Assembly: GCA_013265495.1 (NCBI GenBank)
Contig: MU060042.1
Location: 5,886,258-5,950,257 of the forward strand
DNA length: 64,000 nt
Reading direction: 5' to 3'
From: Vicugna vicugna
Taxonomy: Eukaryota
Within the stretch, counting starts at the first letter, position 1. Each line of letters starts with the position of its first letter. The notes beneath the pieces were generated by a model, which saw only the letters and a list, made by a program, of their open reading frames with translations, had not been told where the DNA came from and did no database searches. A program made the position numbers and the translations under genes. Shown piece after piece: positions 11,725 to 23,537 of the stretch.

Positions 11725-13335
11725 AAATGAAATGGTGCGGCTTCTGAACGGAAAACAGAACTTCCATTTGCCTGAAGGTCAGCAAGAAACGCAAACTGCA
11801 ACAAAACAGCCCTCCAACATACATCTCAAAGTTAGAGCTATTATTAGAAACTAAATCAGGCCAAAGTGAACTATAGTTTATCACTGGAGAAAAGCAGGCA
11901 TTTGAAAAGGGTCATGAGAGGGAAGTTTTTTGGGGGGGTGGTCATGTGATTCGCAGGTTATCTGCTTCCGGAAAAAGCTATACCCCGGGGACCAGCGGGC
12001 CCGCAGGGCAGAGAGGAGGACACGGTTTAATTCTGCAGAGTTGCAAAAATGGACACTTGTGTCACCCTCCTCCTTTCTGATTCCATTCCCCCTCCGCATG
12101 TGATCCCTAGCTTCTCAGTCCTCTGCCATCATTCTCGTGCTGTTCCAGACGCTGGTTTCGCAGGTGCCAAGCCCCCGGGGCAAGTCAGAATAAAGCAGAA
12201 GGGGAGAGAAGTCCCTCAGACGGGCCTAGCTTTGTGTACTGGCTCTGCGCGGACCCGCTGCTCTGCGCCCTGGCCTTGGGTGGAACCCGGCGCTCTTCCT
12301 GCCCTTGGTCAGTCTCTGGGCGCTTTGGAGGCGCTCACGGATGGTGGGCAGGCTGCTTGTGCGCGCAAAGGCGTCAGTACGTATTTCAGGAAGCTGAGGG
12401 ACCCACGTGAACGGCTTTACAAAAAAGAAGGGTTGCCAGTTAGGGGCCAGCCTGCAAGTGAAAGGCCGCGCGTAAGCGTGGACAGCCGTGAGCAGCAGCG
12501 CCGCTCCACTGTGCAAAGGAGAGCGCGGCCCCAGTGCCTCCAAACCTCCCACCTCCCTGACTCCTTCGGGTGGCGTCTTCAGCTTCGAGGGCTGGAAAAC
12601 CGTGCTCCCTGTGTGCGTTGCTCGGGTTAGGGGAGAAGCGTGCTCCTTCGAAAGCGAGCCCTGCTATCCAGGGGCTTCCACTCGGGGCCCAGGCTGCGGG
12701 GCTCCGGCAGGACGTGCGCGTCGTACACTCGCAGCAGCAGAGCCCGGCTGCTCCTCCCCCTGGAAGCGGCCCAGCAGCTGGAGGCCCCTCGGGGCGAGTT
12801 CAGCAGGCCGGCGGACGGCGTCCGCAGCTCTTTGAGACGCGGTCATTGAGCTTCGCGTCCCTCCGTCTTCGGGAGGCGCGAGCCAGGCCCGCTAGCCGGT
12901 CGGGGCGGCGCGCTCCACGCAGAGATCCGAGCCGCGCGAGCCGGCTGCCGGGCTGGCGGGCGGGGGTCCACGGCCCGCTCTCGTCCCCGCCCCCTGCCCC
13001 TCCCCGCCCGGCTGCGGCCGCACTGGCCCTCAGGCCCGGGGGCGGACGGAGGAGGCTGGACCCCGAGTCTCCCCACCTCCCGGGCGCACGTGTACGCCCC
13101 TCCCCCCGCGCGGACCCAGGGGACCTTCGGGGGTGTCGCTTGCGCGGCGGCGCGGACCCCTAGAGCTGCCCGGGGACCCCGGCGCGGGTGCGGGCGCCGG
13201 GAGCTGGGACACCAGTGAGAGGCGTGCGCTCCAGCTCGCCCGGAGAGTTTATTTAAAACTCGGAAGCCGGCGGCCGGCGAGCCGCTTGTTTATGTAAACT
13301 GGGAAACAGCGGGGGGAGGGGCGCGGCGGGGGAGG

Positions 13336-13535
13336 NNNNNNNNNNNNNNNNNNNNNNNNNNNNNNNNNNNNNNNNNNNNNNNNNNNNNNNNNNNNNNNNN
13401 NNNNNNNNNNNNNNNNNNNNNNNNNNNNNNNNNNNNNNNNNNNNNNNNNNNNNNNNNNNNNNNNNNNNNNNNNNNNNNNNNNNNNNNNNNNNNNNNNNNN
13501 NNNNNNNNNNNNNNNNNNNNNNNNNNNNNNNNNNN
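13336..13535. other. Assembly gap (200 N) in the P2 5'UTR region
   Basis: N run. Confidence 0.99.
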
Positions 13536-13650
13536 ACCCCGACCCGGTCCCCGACCAGGACCCCTGACCTAGAACTCGGACACCGACCCTGGACCCCCGA
13601 CCTCGTACCCGAACCCCGACCCTGACCCCCTGACCCCCGACCCTGACCCA
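13536..13650 (+). repeat. Degenerate (GACCC[C/T])n repeat in the beta 5'UTR
   Basis: Many 5-7 nt units (gacccc, gaccct, ccctga) running up to the ATG. Confidence 0.8.
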
Positions 13651-13652
13651 AC

Positions 13653-13743
13653 ATGACGGGGCTGGAGGAGGACCAGGAATTCGACTTTGATTTCCTCTTC
13701 GAGTTTAACCAGAGCGACGAGGGCGCCGCCGCGGCCACCGCAG
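13653..13743 (+). CDS. NFATC1: NFATC1 alternative first coding exon beta (P2): MTGLEEDQEFDFDFLFEFNQSDEGAAAATA
   Basis: Matches the NFATc1 beta acidic peptide (EFDFxFLFEF). 91 nt, phase 1, donor CAG|GTGGGT at 13744. Confidence 0.97.
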
Positions 13744-15454
13744 GTGGGTCCGTGCGGGGCCCGGGCACGGGGGCCGGGGGCGCGGAGTCGGGCGGGCCGG
13801 ATCCGGGTCCGGAGAGCCCGCCTCAGGGGCGCGCAGTGGCGCCCGCCCCTCTGCCCAAGGCGCCCCCCAGTCGCCTGTCCCCCCTCGGCTTCGCTCAGGG
13901 AGGGGCACCGAGGGGCCGGCGGAAAACAAATCAAGTTGAGGGGCAAGTGTAGAGAGGCCCCTTTCGGGGCGGTAGGGTCCCCTAGTGTGCTAGACTCGGG
14001 GCCTCACTCCAGTTGGGTCCCGAGCATGATCGGAGCGGGGAGCCTCCTGTTTGGGGCGGGGTGGCGCTCTCGCCAAGGGACGGAGTGTCCCCGATCCTGG
14101 ACTTGAACGCAAGTGAGGCGGGGCCGAGACCCTCAGGTCTGCCCCCTTGCGCTCCCTGTGAGGTCAGCCGCCCTCTCCCTGTAAGTTAACAGGGAACTAG
14201 CCTCGGACCACCAAGTGCGGGCCTTTCCTTTCTTTCGTTTTCTCTTCCCTGTCAAAAATAAGGCTTCCACTTACACAGCAGGTAAAAGAGCCCTCCAGCC
14301 CCCCAGGGCGCCCCCAGGGTGCTGGCTGTTAGGTAAGCCTAGGCCCTTGAGTATCAGACCCGCATTACAGGAAGACGGTCTGTGCGCGGGGCCGCCCTGA
14401 GTGGAAGTCACTACAGCCCCTCCTTGCAGCTGGGCTCTCCCCCACCTGTCTCTTCTGTCCTCTGTCGCCCTCCTTTCTGTGTCTGTCTTCAATATATTCC
14501 CTCTGTCCCTGCCCACGTGGCGGTGTGGTGGAGAAGCTGAGCCCAGCACACTTGGCACGGGCAGGCGCTGGTTTCTGCAATGACTGTATAATATTTTCCG
14601 TATCATTCACCGTCCCTCTTTTAAAAGTGCAACGTCCTGCTCATTTAAAAAAAAATAAATGTTCCAACCAGGCCGAGGCTGCCTGATCTTTCTTATCTGC
14701 CCTTTCTGAACGTCTTCTCTTTTCCTCCTCCTTGGCTCAGGGTCTTCAGGCCTCTGGAGTCAGTGGGAGCCAAGGCCCCTGAGGCTGGAGAGAGAGGTGG
14801 CTGCTTGAAAGAGACTTGGGGCCGGAAGTGGAGAAACGGCCTGGAGGCGCCATGCCCCTGCTTGGGCGGCGGGGCGGCGGGGCTGCCCGTGGCAGGTCCT
14901 GGATGTTCCTGGGCTGCTTCTCTTCTGGTGTCCACCCCCCACCCCTTTCAGTCACTCAGTAAATACATTTAAGGAGAGGTGCTCTGTGGAGGTGGGGGCC
15001 ACACTCCTGACCTCTTCATGGAGTGAAAGCCGCCCAGACAGAGACTTCCACTGCGAGTTCTGTGTCCCCAGGGCTGTGCTGCGCTGGGAGGCCAGCCTGG
15101 TGGGTGCAGGGGTCCTGTGGTCATGGAGCTTTCTGAGTTGTGGAGGCCTCGTGGCCTCCCTGTGCCTCTTTGTGTGTTTGCTCCTGCGGACAGACAGGTG
15201 CCTTTTAAGCATCTCTGCCAACTGTGTGCCCCTCCCATCTCAACCCCCCTGTTAAAGCCTCCTGTGGGAAGGCCCTGGGGCGCCAGCACCTGGGGCCCAG
15301 CATTCTCCAGCTTTGGGGGCGGGGAGGCCTTAGGCAGCTGGAGAGTGTTCTGGGCAGAGATGGAAAGGGCTCCTTCCTCTTGTCATAGTGTTAGAAAGAA
15401 GTTGATAGAAAACATGCCTTTTTATATATTTCTGTGAGAAACACATAACTTTTT

Positions 15455-16060
15455 TCTTTTTTATTAAGACTTTTCAGAGCAGTTTTAGGTTCACAGCAGA
15501 ACTGAGAGGAAGGGACAGGTTTTCCCAGGTGCCCTCTGCCCCGATGGGGGCACAGACTCCCTCCCTATTAGCACCCCCACCAGAGGTTGCGTTTGTACTA
15601 TTGTTGGACCTACACTGACACGTCATCACCACCCAGAGTCCTTAGGTTCACAGGGTTCACTCTGGGTGCTGAATGCTCTGTGGGTTTGGATGAATACATA
15701 GTGACTCGTATCCAGGATAATTGTCACCAGAGGAGTGTCACTGCCCTGAAAACCCTCTGTGCTCCACCTGGTCCTCCCTCCCGCGAAACCTTGGCACCAC
15801 TGATCTGTTCACTGTGTCTGTATTTTTGTCTTTTCCAAAATGGCCTATAGTTNNNNNNNNNNNNNNNNNNNNNNNNNNNNNNNNNNNNNNNNNNNNNNNN
15901 NNNNNNNNNNNNNNNNNNNNNNNNNNNNNNNNNNNNNNNNNNNNNNNNNNNNNNNNNNNNNNNNNNNNNNNNNNNNNNNNNNNNNGAGTTTATTTACCCA
16001 TTCAGTTCCCAAAGGACATCTTGGTTGCTTCCAAGTTTTGGTAATTGCGTGAATAAAGTA
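15455..16060 (-). mobile_element. LINE-1 3' end (L1MB/L1MA-like), antisense, interrupted by a gap
   Basis: Characteristic 3'UTR text (agcagttttaggttcacagca..., cttggcaccactgatctgttcactgt...cttttccaaaatg, ggacatcttggttgcttccaagtttt). Minus frame gives IHAITKTWKQPRCP, the L1 ORF2 C-terminus. Confidence 0.85.
15853..15985. other. Assembly gap (133 N) inside the L1 fragment
   Basis: N run. Confidence 0.99.
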
Positions 16061-17559
16061 CTTTCTTCTTCTCATTAATTATTACAGAACATTGTGCTTG
16101 TTAGTTATTGGGTTACTGATCACATTGTATATTAGATTATTAGAATGAATTCTCCAGCTCTGGATAGGTGACAGAAATGGCTTCACATTATTTCTGGAAC
16201 CAGCCTGGATAGGAACAAATGAATGAATGACTAAATCTGAGATGGATTGTGAAGTGAGGTAACAGAGCGTTACAGGTTGAACTAAAAATGGGCACTTTGT
16301 CAAAAGGACATGGCCAGCCTTGAGCACAGGGCCCCTGGTCTCTGTCGCGATTCTTCCTGAGCCCAGGGGGGGTGTCCTCTAAACTGTCACCCTGTCACTC
16401 ACACCCCTTCATGCGCTGAGGCGTGTGGCACCCAGCGGTTCAAGGGGGCGACTGGGTCCTGGAGTTCCTTTTTGCTAGAGTGCTCAGCAGGTGCAAATAG
16501 ACAGTCGGGAACCATTTGTTGGGAGAAAGACAAGAGAACTTTTTAAATGATCTTCCCAGGGCTGGGCGGGGGTGTTTGCGCTCTGGAGGCCTCGGCGTCT
16601 TCCTGTCTCCGCGCCCCAGTCCTCTGGGGAGCGGCTGGGCAGAGGGCTTGCCTGTCTGGAGAGCGGGCAGAAGGCCTCCTGTTTCTCTCTGGGTCTCAGG
16701 AAATAGTGGCTCTGCTGACAGCCACGGCGGGCGTGGCCCCGCTTCCCGCCCCAGGCTCCTGTTTTCTAAGTTATTTTGGCCACGCTCTGCCCGACTGTCG
16801 CCGTGGCAACCCAGGAGGAAGCTGGCCGGCCCCTGGAGGCTCCCAGCACCGGGCCACCTCACGGCCTCCGCGAAGGCGGGTGGTTAGCTGCCTTCACTGC
16901 TCGAGAGTGGCGTTTCCCGGCTCACACGTGAAACGGACGTCTTCTGAGAAAGTGAAGGTGTGGAGGCGTTTCTGTTCTCCATTGCGTTCTCAGCGGTGGA
17001 GCTGTTGATGCCAGCCCGTCCAGCCCAGGAGGGCACGCGGGCATGGCCTGTGATGCACCTGCTCTGGGGCGGAGAGGCCCGGGGACACCGGACACCGGAG
17101 TGGAGGCGCCCTGTCTTTAATATGAGCAGCCCCGCCACCCTCAACTTACCCCAAAGCCCCAGAGAGGTTTCCACCAGCGGTGGCTCTTTGTAGAGGAATT
17201 CTCTGTGTGTCTGTCAGGGGAAGACCACAGCTAGTAACGGACAGCTTGGATGCTTTTAATTCCTTAAAAATGGTGTGAGAAGGGGAAGATCTTAGCCGAT
17301 GAGATTCGGCCATCGGGGGCCTGTGGGAGGAAGGAGGTGTGTGAGGGCAGGCCTGCTTGTTGGCCGCCCGGACGAGCCATTCTGTTTGCCTTTGTAAACC
17401 TTCTCCCTGGCAGGCGACTGGGTGACCGGTGCCCTCAAAGCTGTGTCTGTCTGTCACCCACGGGCCTGCCCCACCCCAGCCGCCCTCAGGCAGTGCCTCC
17501 CGCCTGCTCAGTAAACAGCTCCCAGCAGAAAACGCCTGGCATGGAGCGTCTTTGGTGTT

Positions 17560-17583
17560 GTTTTGTTTTGTTTTGTTTTGTTT
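17560..17583 (+). repeat. (GTTTT)n microsatellite
   Basis: Read directly. Confidence 0.85.
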
Positions 17584-20500
17584 CCACTACCTGTGAAATT
17601 ATAATCCTGCCGTTTCAGGCGCCGCCCCACAGCGAGGAGGTCTGGCCGGGCCTGGGAGGATGGGCTGGGAGGACGGGCTGGCGTCACAATTGCCCCAGGT
17701 CTATTTCTAGCTCCATGTCCTGCACTTCAACCCCAGCAAATGCTACCAGGGATGTTCCTTAAAATGAAACACACGAGTTGCCGTGGCAGCCACCTCTCCG
17801 CATCTGTGGAAGGGGGCAGGGAGCGGGCAGGGACGTGGTGGCTCCCGCTGGAAAGCGGGTGTTGGACGGGGCGCCCGCCTGTGCAGAGAATGCAGCAGCC
17901 GTGGCACTGGCCTGGCTACGCTGCGGCGGGGCCCTGATGTCGGTGGGGAGTTGTCTGAGGTGCAGTGGGCCTTAGGAGGGACACGGGTATACTTCTGTGG
18001 TTGCTCAGAAATAATACGATTGCCTGGTTCTGAAGACTGTTTCTCAGAGTTCTGTCGGGTCTGCTGAGGACTGAGTTTGCAGTGGGCGCTGGGCCAGCCT
18101 GGGAGCTGAATTCGCCGGCTGCCGGGCACCCCGCTCCCCACGCCAGTGTCCAGCTCTGCACCCTGAGCACCCTGCTCCGCGTACCTGTGGGAGGGGACGG
18201 GTGTTCGGACTGGAGGTGGCAGGAGGCAGTTCGTGTCTCGAGACACGAGCCACACTTCCCGAATTTCCATTCTATTAAGCCGTTTTGAATGCGCTCCCCC
18301 CAGCATTTGCTCAGCCTCCCGCTCTCTGTGCCGCCCGCCCTGGGAGTTAATGAGCCTCCTTGGCAGACAGCCAGGCTCCGAGGCAGCGGCAGAAGGTGGC
18401 GGTGATGGGAGCCGCGCTCTTCAGTGGCTCCTGACATGACATGAACCAGCCCGAACGTCTCAGGATTGTTAAGAAAGTTACTGGAAATGTTTTCATTCCA
18501 TGTAAATGTCATCCCTTTGAATAGCTAAATAATTCAGATTTGAATACGGTTTAGGTGGGTAATAAAGCCAAACAGAGTGGAAGCTGGGGGGCAGGCGGGA
18601 GAGAGGCCCCCAGGCGGGAGGGCAGGACCCGGGCTGCGGGGGCTTGGTCCCGGGCAAGCTGGGACCACTACCTGTGTGGGTCTTTGTTCTCAGAGGGAGG
18701 GCGTTGTCATCAGGCTGGCTGAGTGTCCGTAATGAAGTTCAGGCCTTCGAGGCTTTCGCTTTGGAATTTATTTAATTAAGGAAAACTCACGCTTAGGTGG
18801 GTCTTTTTTGTGTGTTAATAAAGGCTTTATTTTTTTTTTCTTTCCTTTGTTGGATCATGATTATCGGCAGTCTTTGGTTTACATAAAGTCCCCTCTTAAG
18901 GGTGTTCTGGGAGTCAGCTGCCTGGCCCCCCCCACCGCAGTCTCCCCCCCTGGGCTGGGGGAGGGGCAGGCCTGCTCCTAGACCCCTTGCTAGACTCGGA
19001 ACTCGAATGGAACTCGAATGTCCAGCCGGCGCCACGGAACGTGGCTGAGCCCCGTGGGCAGGCGGTGGGGAGGCCCCAGGACTCGCTCTACCATTTGCTG
19101 GGATTTTCTTTGTTTTAATTCTCAGAATTGCCTTCCTGCCAAAAAACAGTAGATCATAGATTTGCACGAAATTCTTCAGCTGGAGCAGGAGTTGTGGGGA
19201 TCCGCCCACTAGACCCCTTGCAGGTCCGCATGGCCGCGGGGTGCTGGGGGCAGAGGCTGGGGGGCCTGTCCCAGCGCCACGTCTGGGTTTGTGGGGCACA
19301 ATTTGTACGCTTCTGTCAGCCTGTGCCAGGGCTGCCCTTCCAGAGTCGAGGGCTTGTCTCTAAAGTGAAATTCTTTCCTCACTGAACGCTGGATGGTCAC
19401 ATGGAGAAAAGGGTACCCAGCACGTGGCCACGTACCCAAGGGGGCAGGTCTGCGATCTCTTCCTGGGCATCCCTGATGCTGCCACCTCAGGACAGAGTGT
19501 CAGGAAGACAGCGGGGCTCATGGGATGTAGCAGTTGTCCCGGGAGCGCCTGTGAGAAGGGGTCCTTCGTCCACCCAGTTCCTTTCGGTGGCCGGGAGGTG
19601 CGTGTCCAGGCTGGGAAGGCTGCCGGTCCCTGTGGTGACCAGGGGTGCAGGTGGCCTCCGCACTGGCAGAGTGGTGTCCATGTGCTGGCTGCAGACTGGC
19701 AGCCGGGATGGGACAGGTGCAGACCCCTCGCCGAGGTGGAGCCAGAGACCCCAGGAGGGGGTAGAAACCGCCTAAAGAAAGACGGGCTCCAGGCGATCTG
19801 GCACATGCGGGGCCGGGAGACCGTCGCCTGCAGTCACGTCGAGGCGCGGTGCCGGGAGGAGGGGACACCTCTTTAATTTGGAACACGTCTGACATAGTAA
19901 AGCTGTTTGTCTACTTGTCATGACTGCAATTCGTGCCCTGAACGGACACAGATCAGTTTGTTAACACGTTGCCTGTTGATCGCGCTCACCGTCACAGTCG
20001 TGGTGCAGCAGTGGGGCACGCCGCCCACTCTCGCTCCTGCTGGACTGGTGACACCTGCCTTCCTACCCGAAGCCACACAGGGACTGTTTTCACCTGCACG
20101 GCCTGGGGACGCTGGTTCTGTTTTCTGTTTTTTTAACTAGCTGTTCTGGTTAGAACGGTCTGGACAGGGCCGGGCTGGTTGCGAGGAGAGGCCCTCTGGA
20201 TGTGAGAGCCGGGACACGTGCTGTAAGGTGCCTGTGATGTGCTGCCGCCTGTGGCCAGAGGAGATGTCTGTCTGCAGAGCCGTCCGTGGACCCCTTCGGG
20301 AAGAGCAGTGCTTAGTCCCACAGTAACTGAGGGCACCACTGCAGCCCTGTGGGGCCGACCTTCCTGAGGCCCCGAGGCCCCCGTAGGGCTGACACCTCAC
20401 AGGCCCCGGCCCGCCTGCTGCCTGGGTCCCTCTGGACAGCGCAGGCAGCCTCCTCTGTGGCCAGACCTGGGTGTTTGTGGACGAGGGCCTCTGCACCCGC

Positions 20501-22438
20501 CCAGCACCCCACGCCCAGGCGGGCAGGGGCCTGGAGGCAGGGTGTCCGCACCTGTCCCAGGAGGTCACCGCAGGGGGGCGTCTCTCCCAGGGCCGCAGCC
20601 CAGCCTACAGCCCCAGGCCCCCTCTCCTGGGGACCCTTGACCGTGTCCTCTGGGAAGTCCTGTTCCAAGGTTATTCACTTCTCATTTGGTTTTCACAAAG
20701 ATTGCAATTTCGTTTTTAACCCTCGATTGTGGTGTTTTTGGTGAAAGTCAGTAAGCCTCTGAGGGTGTTGGTGTGACTGGGGGGCGCAGCGGACAGAGGG
20801 GGCTGTGCCCGGCGTTGGGGTCTGGCCTGTGGAAGAGGAGACTGTCCTCTCCCCTGGGGTGGGGGTGGGGGTGGGGCGGTGCAAGGGCGCAGATGGGGCT
20901 GGGGAGCGAGGCTTGGGGGCAGCAGTTTTGTGGGCAGGTGTGTCCTTGGACCCCCGGAGCCCCCCTGTCCCAGCTCCCTCCTCCTGCTTGGGGCCTCTGA
21001 TTCCCTCAGCTGCAGTTTGTTTTCTTGGCTCAGCTCAGTCTCTCCCCAGGGCTGTTTAGAATCCGGCACCGATTCTGAGCATCTGGAAGTCTGGAGCTTT
21101 CTCTCCAAAAGGCAGCGTGCCTGACACCCCGGGGTGAAGGCAGGGCCTGGCTCTCCCTCCAGGATGTGCCCAGGGGAGTGGCGAGCAGTGCTTTCCTGGG
21201 AAGGGGGTTTAGCGTGTCAAAGGCAGAACTTCTTGGTAGCAAGGACTATAAAAGACTGGATTGCCAGAGAAGGTAGTTGAACCCCTGCTTCTGGAAGGAA
21301 GCGGTGGTGGAAACGGGCTCCCCTCACTGGGGCTGCTGGACCCACTTCTGTTAGTGAATACGGTGGGCGGAGCCTGCATTTGAGGCCCCTGATTTTCTGG
21401 GGTTTTCCCAGCCAGCACAGCAGGGGGGCAGCCCTGCCCTCGACCACAGTATCTCCCAGCGGCAGACTTAACCCAGGAGCTGGGTGTACGGTTTCCAGAG
21501 GGCGCTTCCATTATTCAGAGGCCTGGGGAGACTCACCTCTTGGTGCACGAAGATGAGGGGCCGAGATGTTACAAAAAGTCAGTTCAAATCGGAGGCCCAG
21601 AGTGTGGCTTTCCTGTTAAAAACTACTAATTACACTAGTAGTGATTTTTAGAAGTGTTTGGAGGTTGTAATTAATGCGTAATGACTTTAAACGTGACTGC
21701 ACGTCGATGTTGCCTGCTGGGTTTTTTTAAGAACTCTTAGGCCGTGAGTTACCATCGGCGTTTCTGTGAGAGACCCCGGTTTCTGTGTTTTCATCCAAAG
21801 GTGCTTTCTTTGTAGCTGGTGACTGGGGCACCTGCATGTGACTAGTCTGTTAAAATGCCTTTAGATGTGCGCGTCCCAGCGTCTAAAAGCCAGCCACCCG
21901 GCCAGCCCTCCGCCAGTCCACCCACCAAACCCTCCTCCGGCCCCCACCCTGTCTGCTTACTGAACAAACGGGGCACAGACTCCGTGTTGAGGTCCCACGA
22001 GCCACACTAGGCTCACCCAGCAAAGGTCTCTGCCGGCCCAGAGCTTGGTTTCTGCGGGCGAAAGACGTGGTGGACGAGGAGACAGGCGTTCAGGAGGGAA
22101 AATCCAGTGAGGGGGGATGTAAGTGTTGGGTGGGGACTGGGATTTTGAGAGGTTGGCTGGGGGGCAGGTTTTGAGTAAAGAGCAGAAGAAAGTAAGGGGC
22201 CGACCAGTGGTGTGGCCTTGGGTGGGGGGACGCGGGGGCAGAGGGAAGCCCTGGTGTGGAGAGCGGGGAGGGCCCGGGGAGGGGCTCGAGCTGCCTCCCG
22301 TTGGGGCAGCAGGAGCTGAGCGACCCCGCAGGGCCCCTGCCCATGGGTAGCGGGGTGGGGCAGGTCCCCGATCCTGGGTTCCTAAGCCTGTGGTTTGTGT
22401 CTGGGGACCAGCTGCTCATCCCTCCCTTTTCCTTCCAG

Positions 22439-23537
22439 AGCATTACAGCTATGTCTCCTCCAACATCGCGCCTGGCCTGCCCCTCACTGTAGCCCACCCC
22501 TCGCTGCCAGCCCCATGCCACGACCTGCAGACCTCGGCCCCGGGCGTCTCAGCCGCTGCGTCCGCGAGTCACCCCGCGGGGTACGGTGGAGCTGTGGACG
22601 GCGGGCCCTCAGGCTACTTTCTCGCTTCGGGCAACGTCAGGCCCAACGGGGCGCCGGCTCTGGAGAGCCCCCGCATTGAGATCACCTCGTACCTGGGGCT
22701 GCACCACAGCGGCAGCCAGTTTTTCCATGACGTGGAGGTGGAGGACGTCCTGCCCAGCTCCAAGCGGCCCCCGTCCACGGCCACCCTGAACCTGCCCAGC
22801 CTGGAGGCCTACCGGGACCCCTCGTGCCTGAGCCCGGCCAGCAGCCTGTCCTCCCGCAGCTGCAACTCCGAGGCCTCGTCCTACGAGTCCAGCTTCTCCT
22901 ACCCGTACGCGTCCCCGCAGACGTCCCCCTGGCAGTCCCCCTGCGTGTCCCCCAAGACCACAGACCCCGAGGAGGGCTTTCCCCGCGGCCTGGGGGCCTG
23001 CAGCCTGCTCGGGTCCCCACGGCACTCGCCCTCCACCTCGCCCCGCACCAGCATCACCGAGGAGAGCTGGCTGGGCGCCCGCACGTCCAGGCCCCCGTCC
23101 CCCTGCAACAAGAGGAAGCACGGCCTCAACGGCCGGCAGCTGTCCTGCTCCCCCCACCACTCGCCCACGCCGTCGCCGCACAGCTCGCCGCGGGTCAGCG
23201 TCACTGACGACACGTGGCTGGGCAACACCACGCAGTACACGAGCTCGGCCATCGTGGCCGCCATCAACGCCCTGAGCACCGACGGCAGCCTGGACCTGGG
23301 CGACGGCGTCCCAGTCAAGGCCCGCAAGACCGCCCTGGACCACTCTCCTTCGGTGGCGCTCAAGGTGGAGCCGGCCGGCGAGGACCTGGGCACCACGCCA
23401 CCCACGTCCGACTTCCCGCCTGAGGAGTTCTCGTCCTTCCAGCACATCCGCAAGGGCGCCTTCTGCGACCAGTACCTGTCGGTGCCGCAGCACCCGTACC
23501 CGTGGGCCCGGCCACGCTCGCCCACCTCCTACGCCAG
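22439..23537 (+). CDS. NFATC1: NFATC1 regulatory-domain exon: PRIEIT calcineurin dock, SRR1, SP repeats, NLS KRKH, YLSVP (LxVP) motif
   Basis: Acceptor cttttccttccag at 22438, 1099 nt, donor AG|GTGAGC at 23538. Translation EHYSYVSS...ESPRIEITSY...SPASSLSSRSCNSEASSYES...CDQYLSVPQHPYPWARPRSPTSYA. Confidence 0.99.

Larger units (their letters stand above)
12660..13652 (+). promoter_or_regulatory. NFATC1 P2 promoter, CpG island and beta 5'UTR (partly in a gap)
   Basis: CpG-dense region upstream of the beta exon; TATA-like TATTTAAA 13250-13257; forkhead-like TGTTTAT/GTAAAC 13287-13299. Confidence 0.75.

Noticed and set aside
18978-19221. 13-bp direct repeat CTAGACCCCTTGC (18978, 19209) and 11-bp tandem GGAACTCGAAT x2 (18998-19019)
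   Set aside because: Short; no element signature between the copies; plausible slippage or chance.
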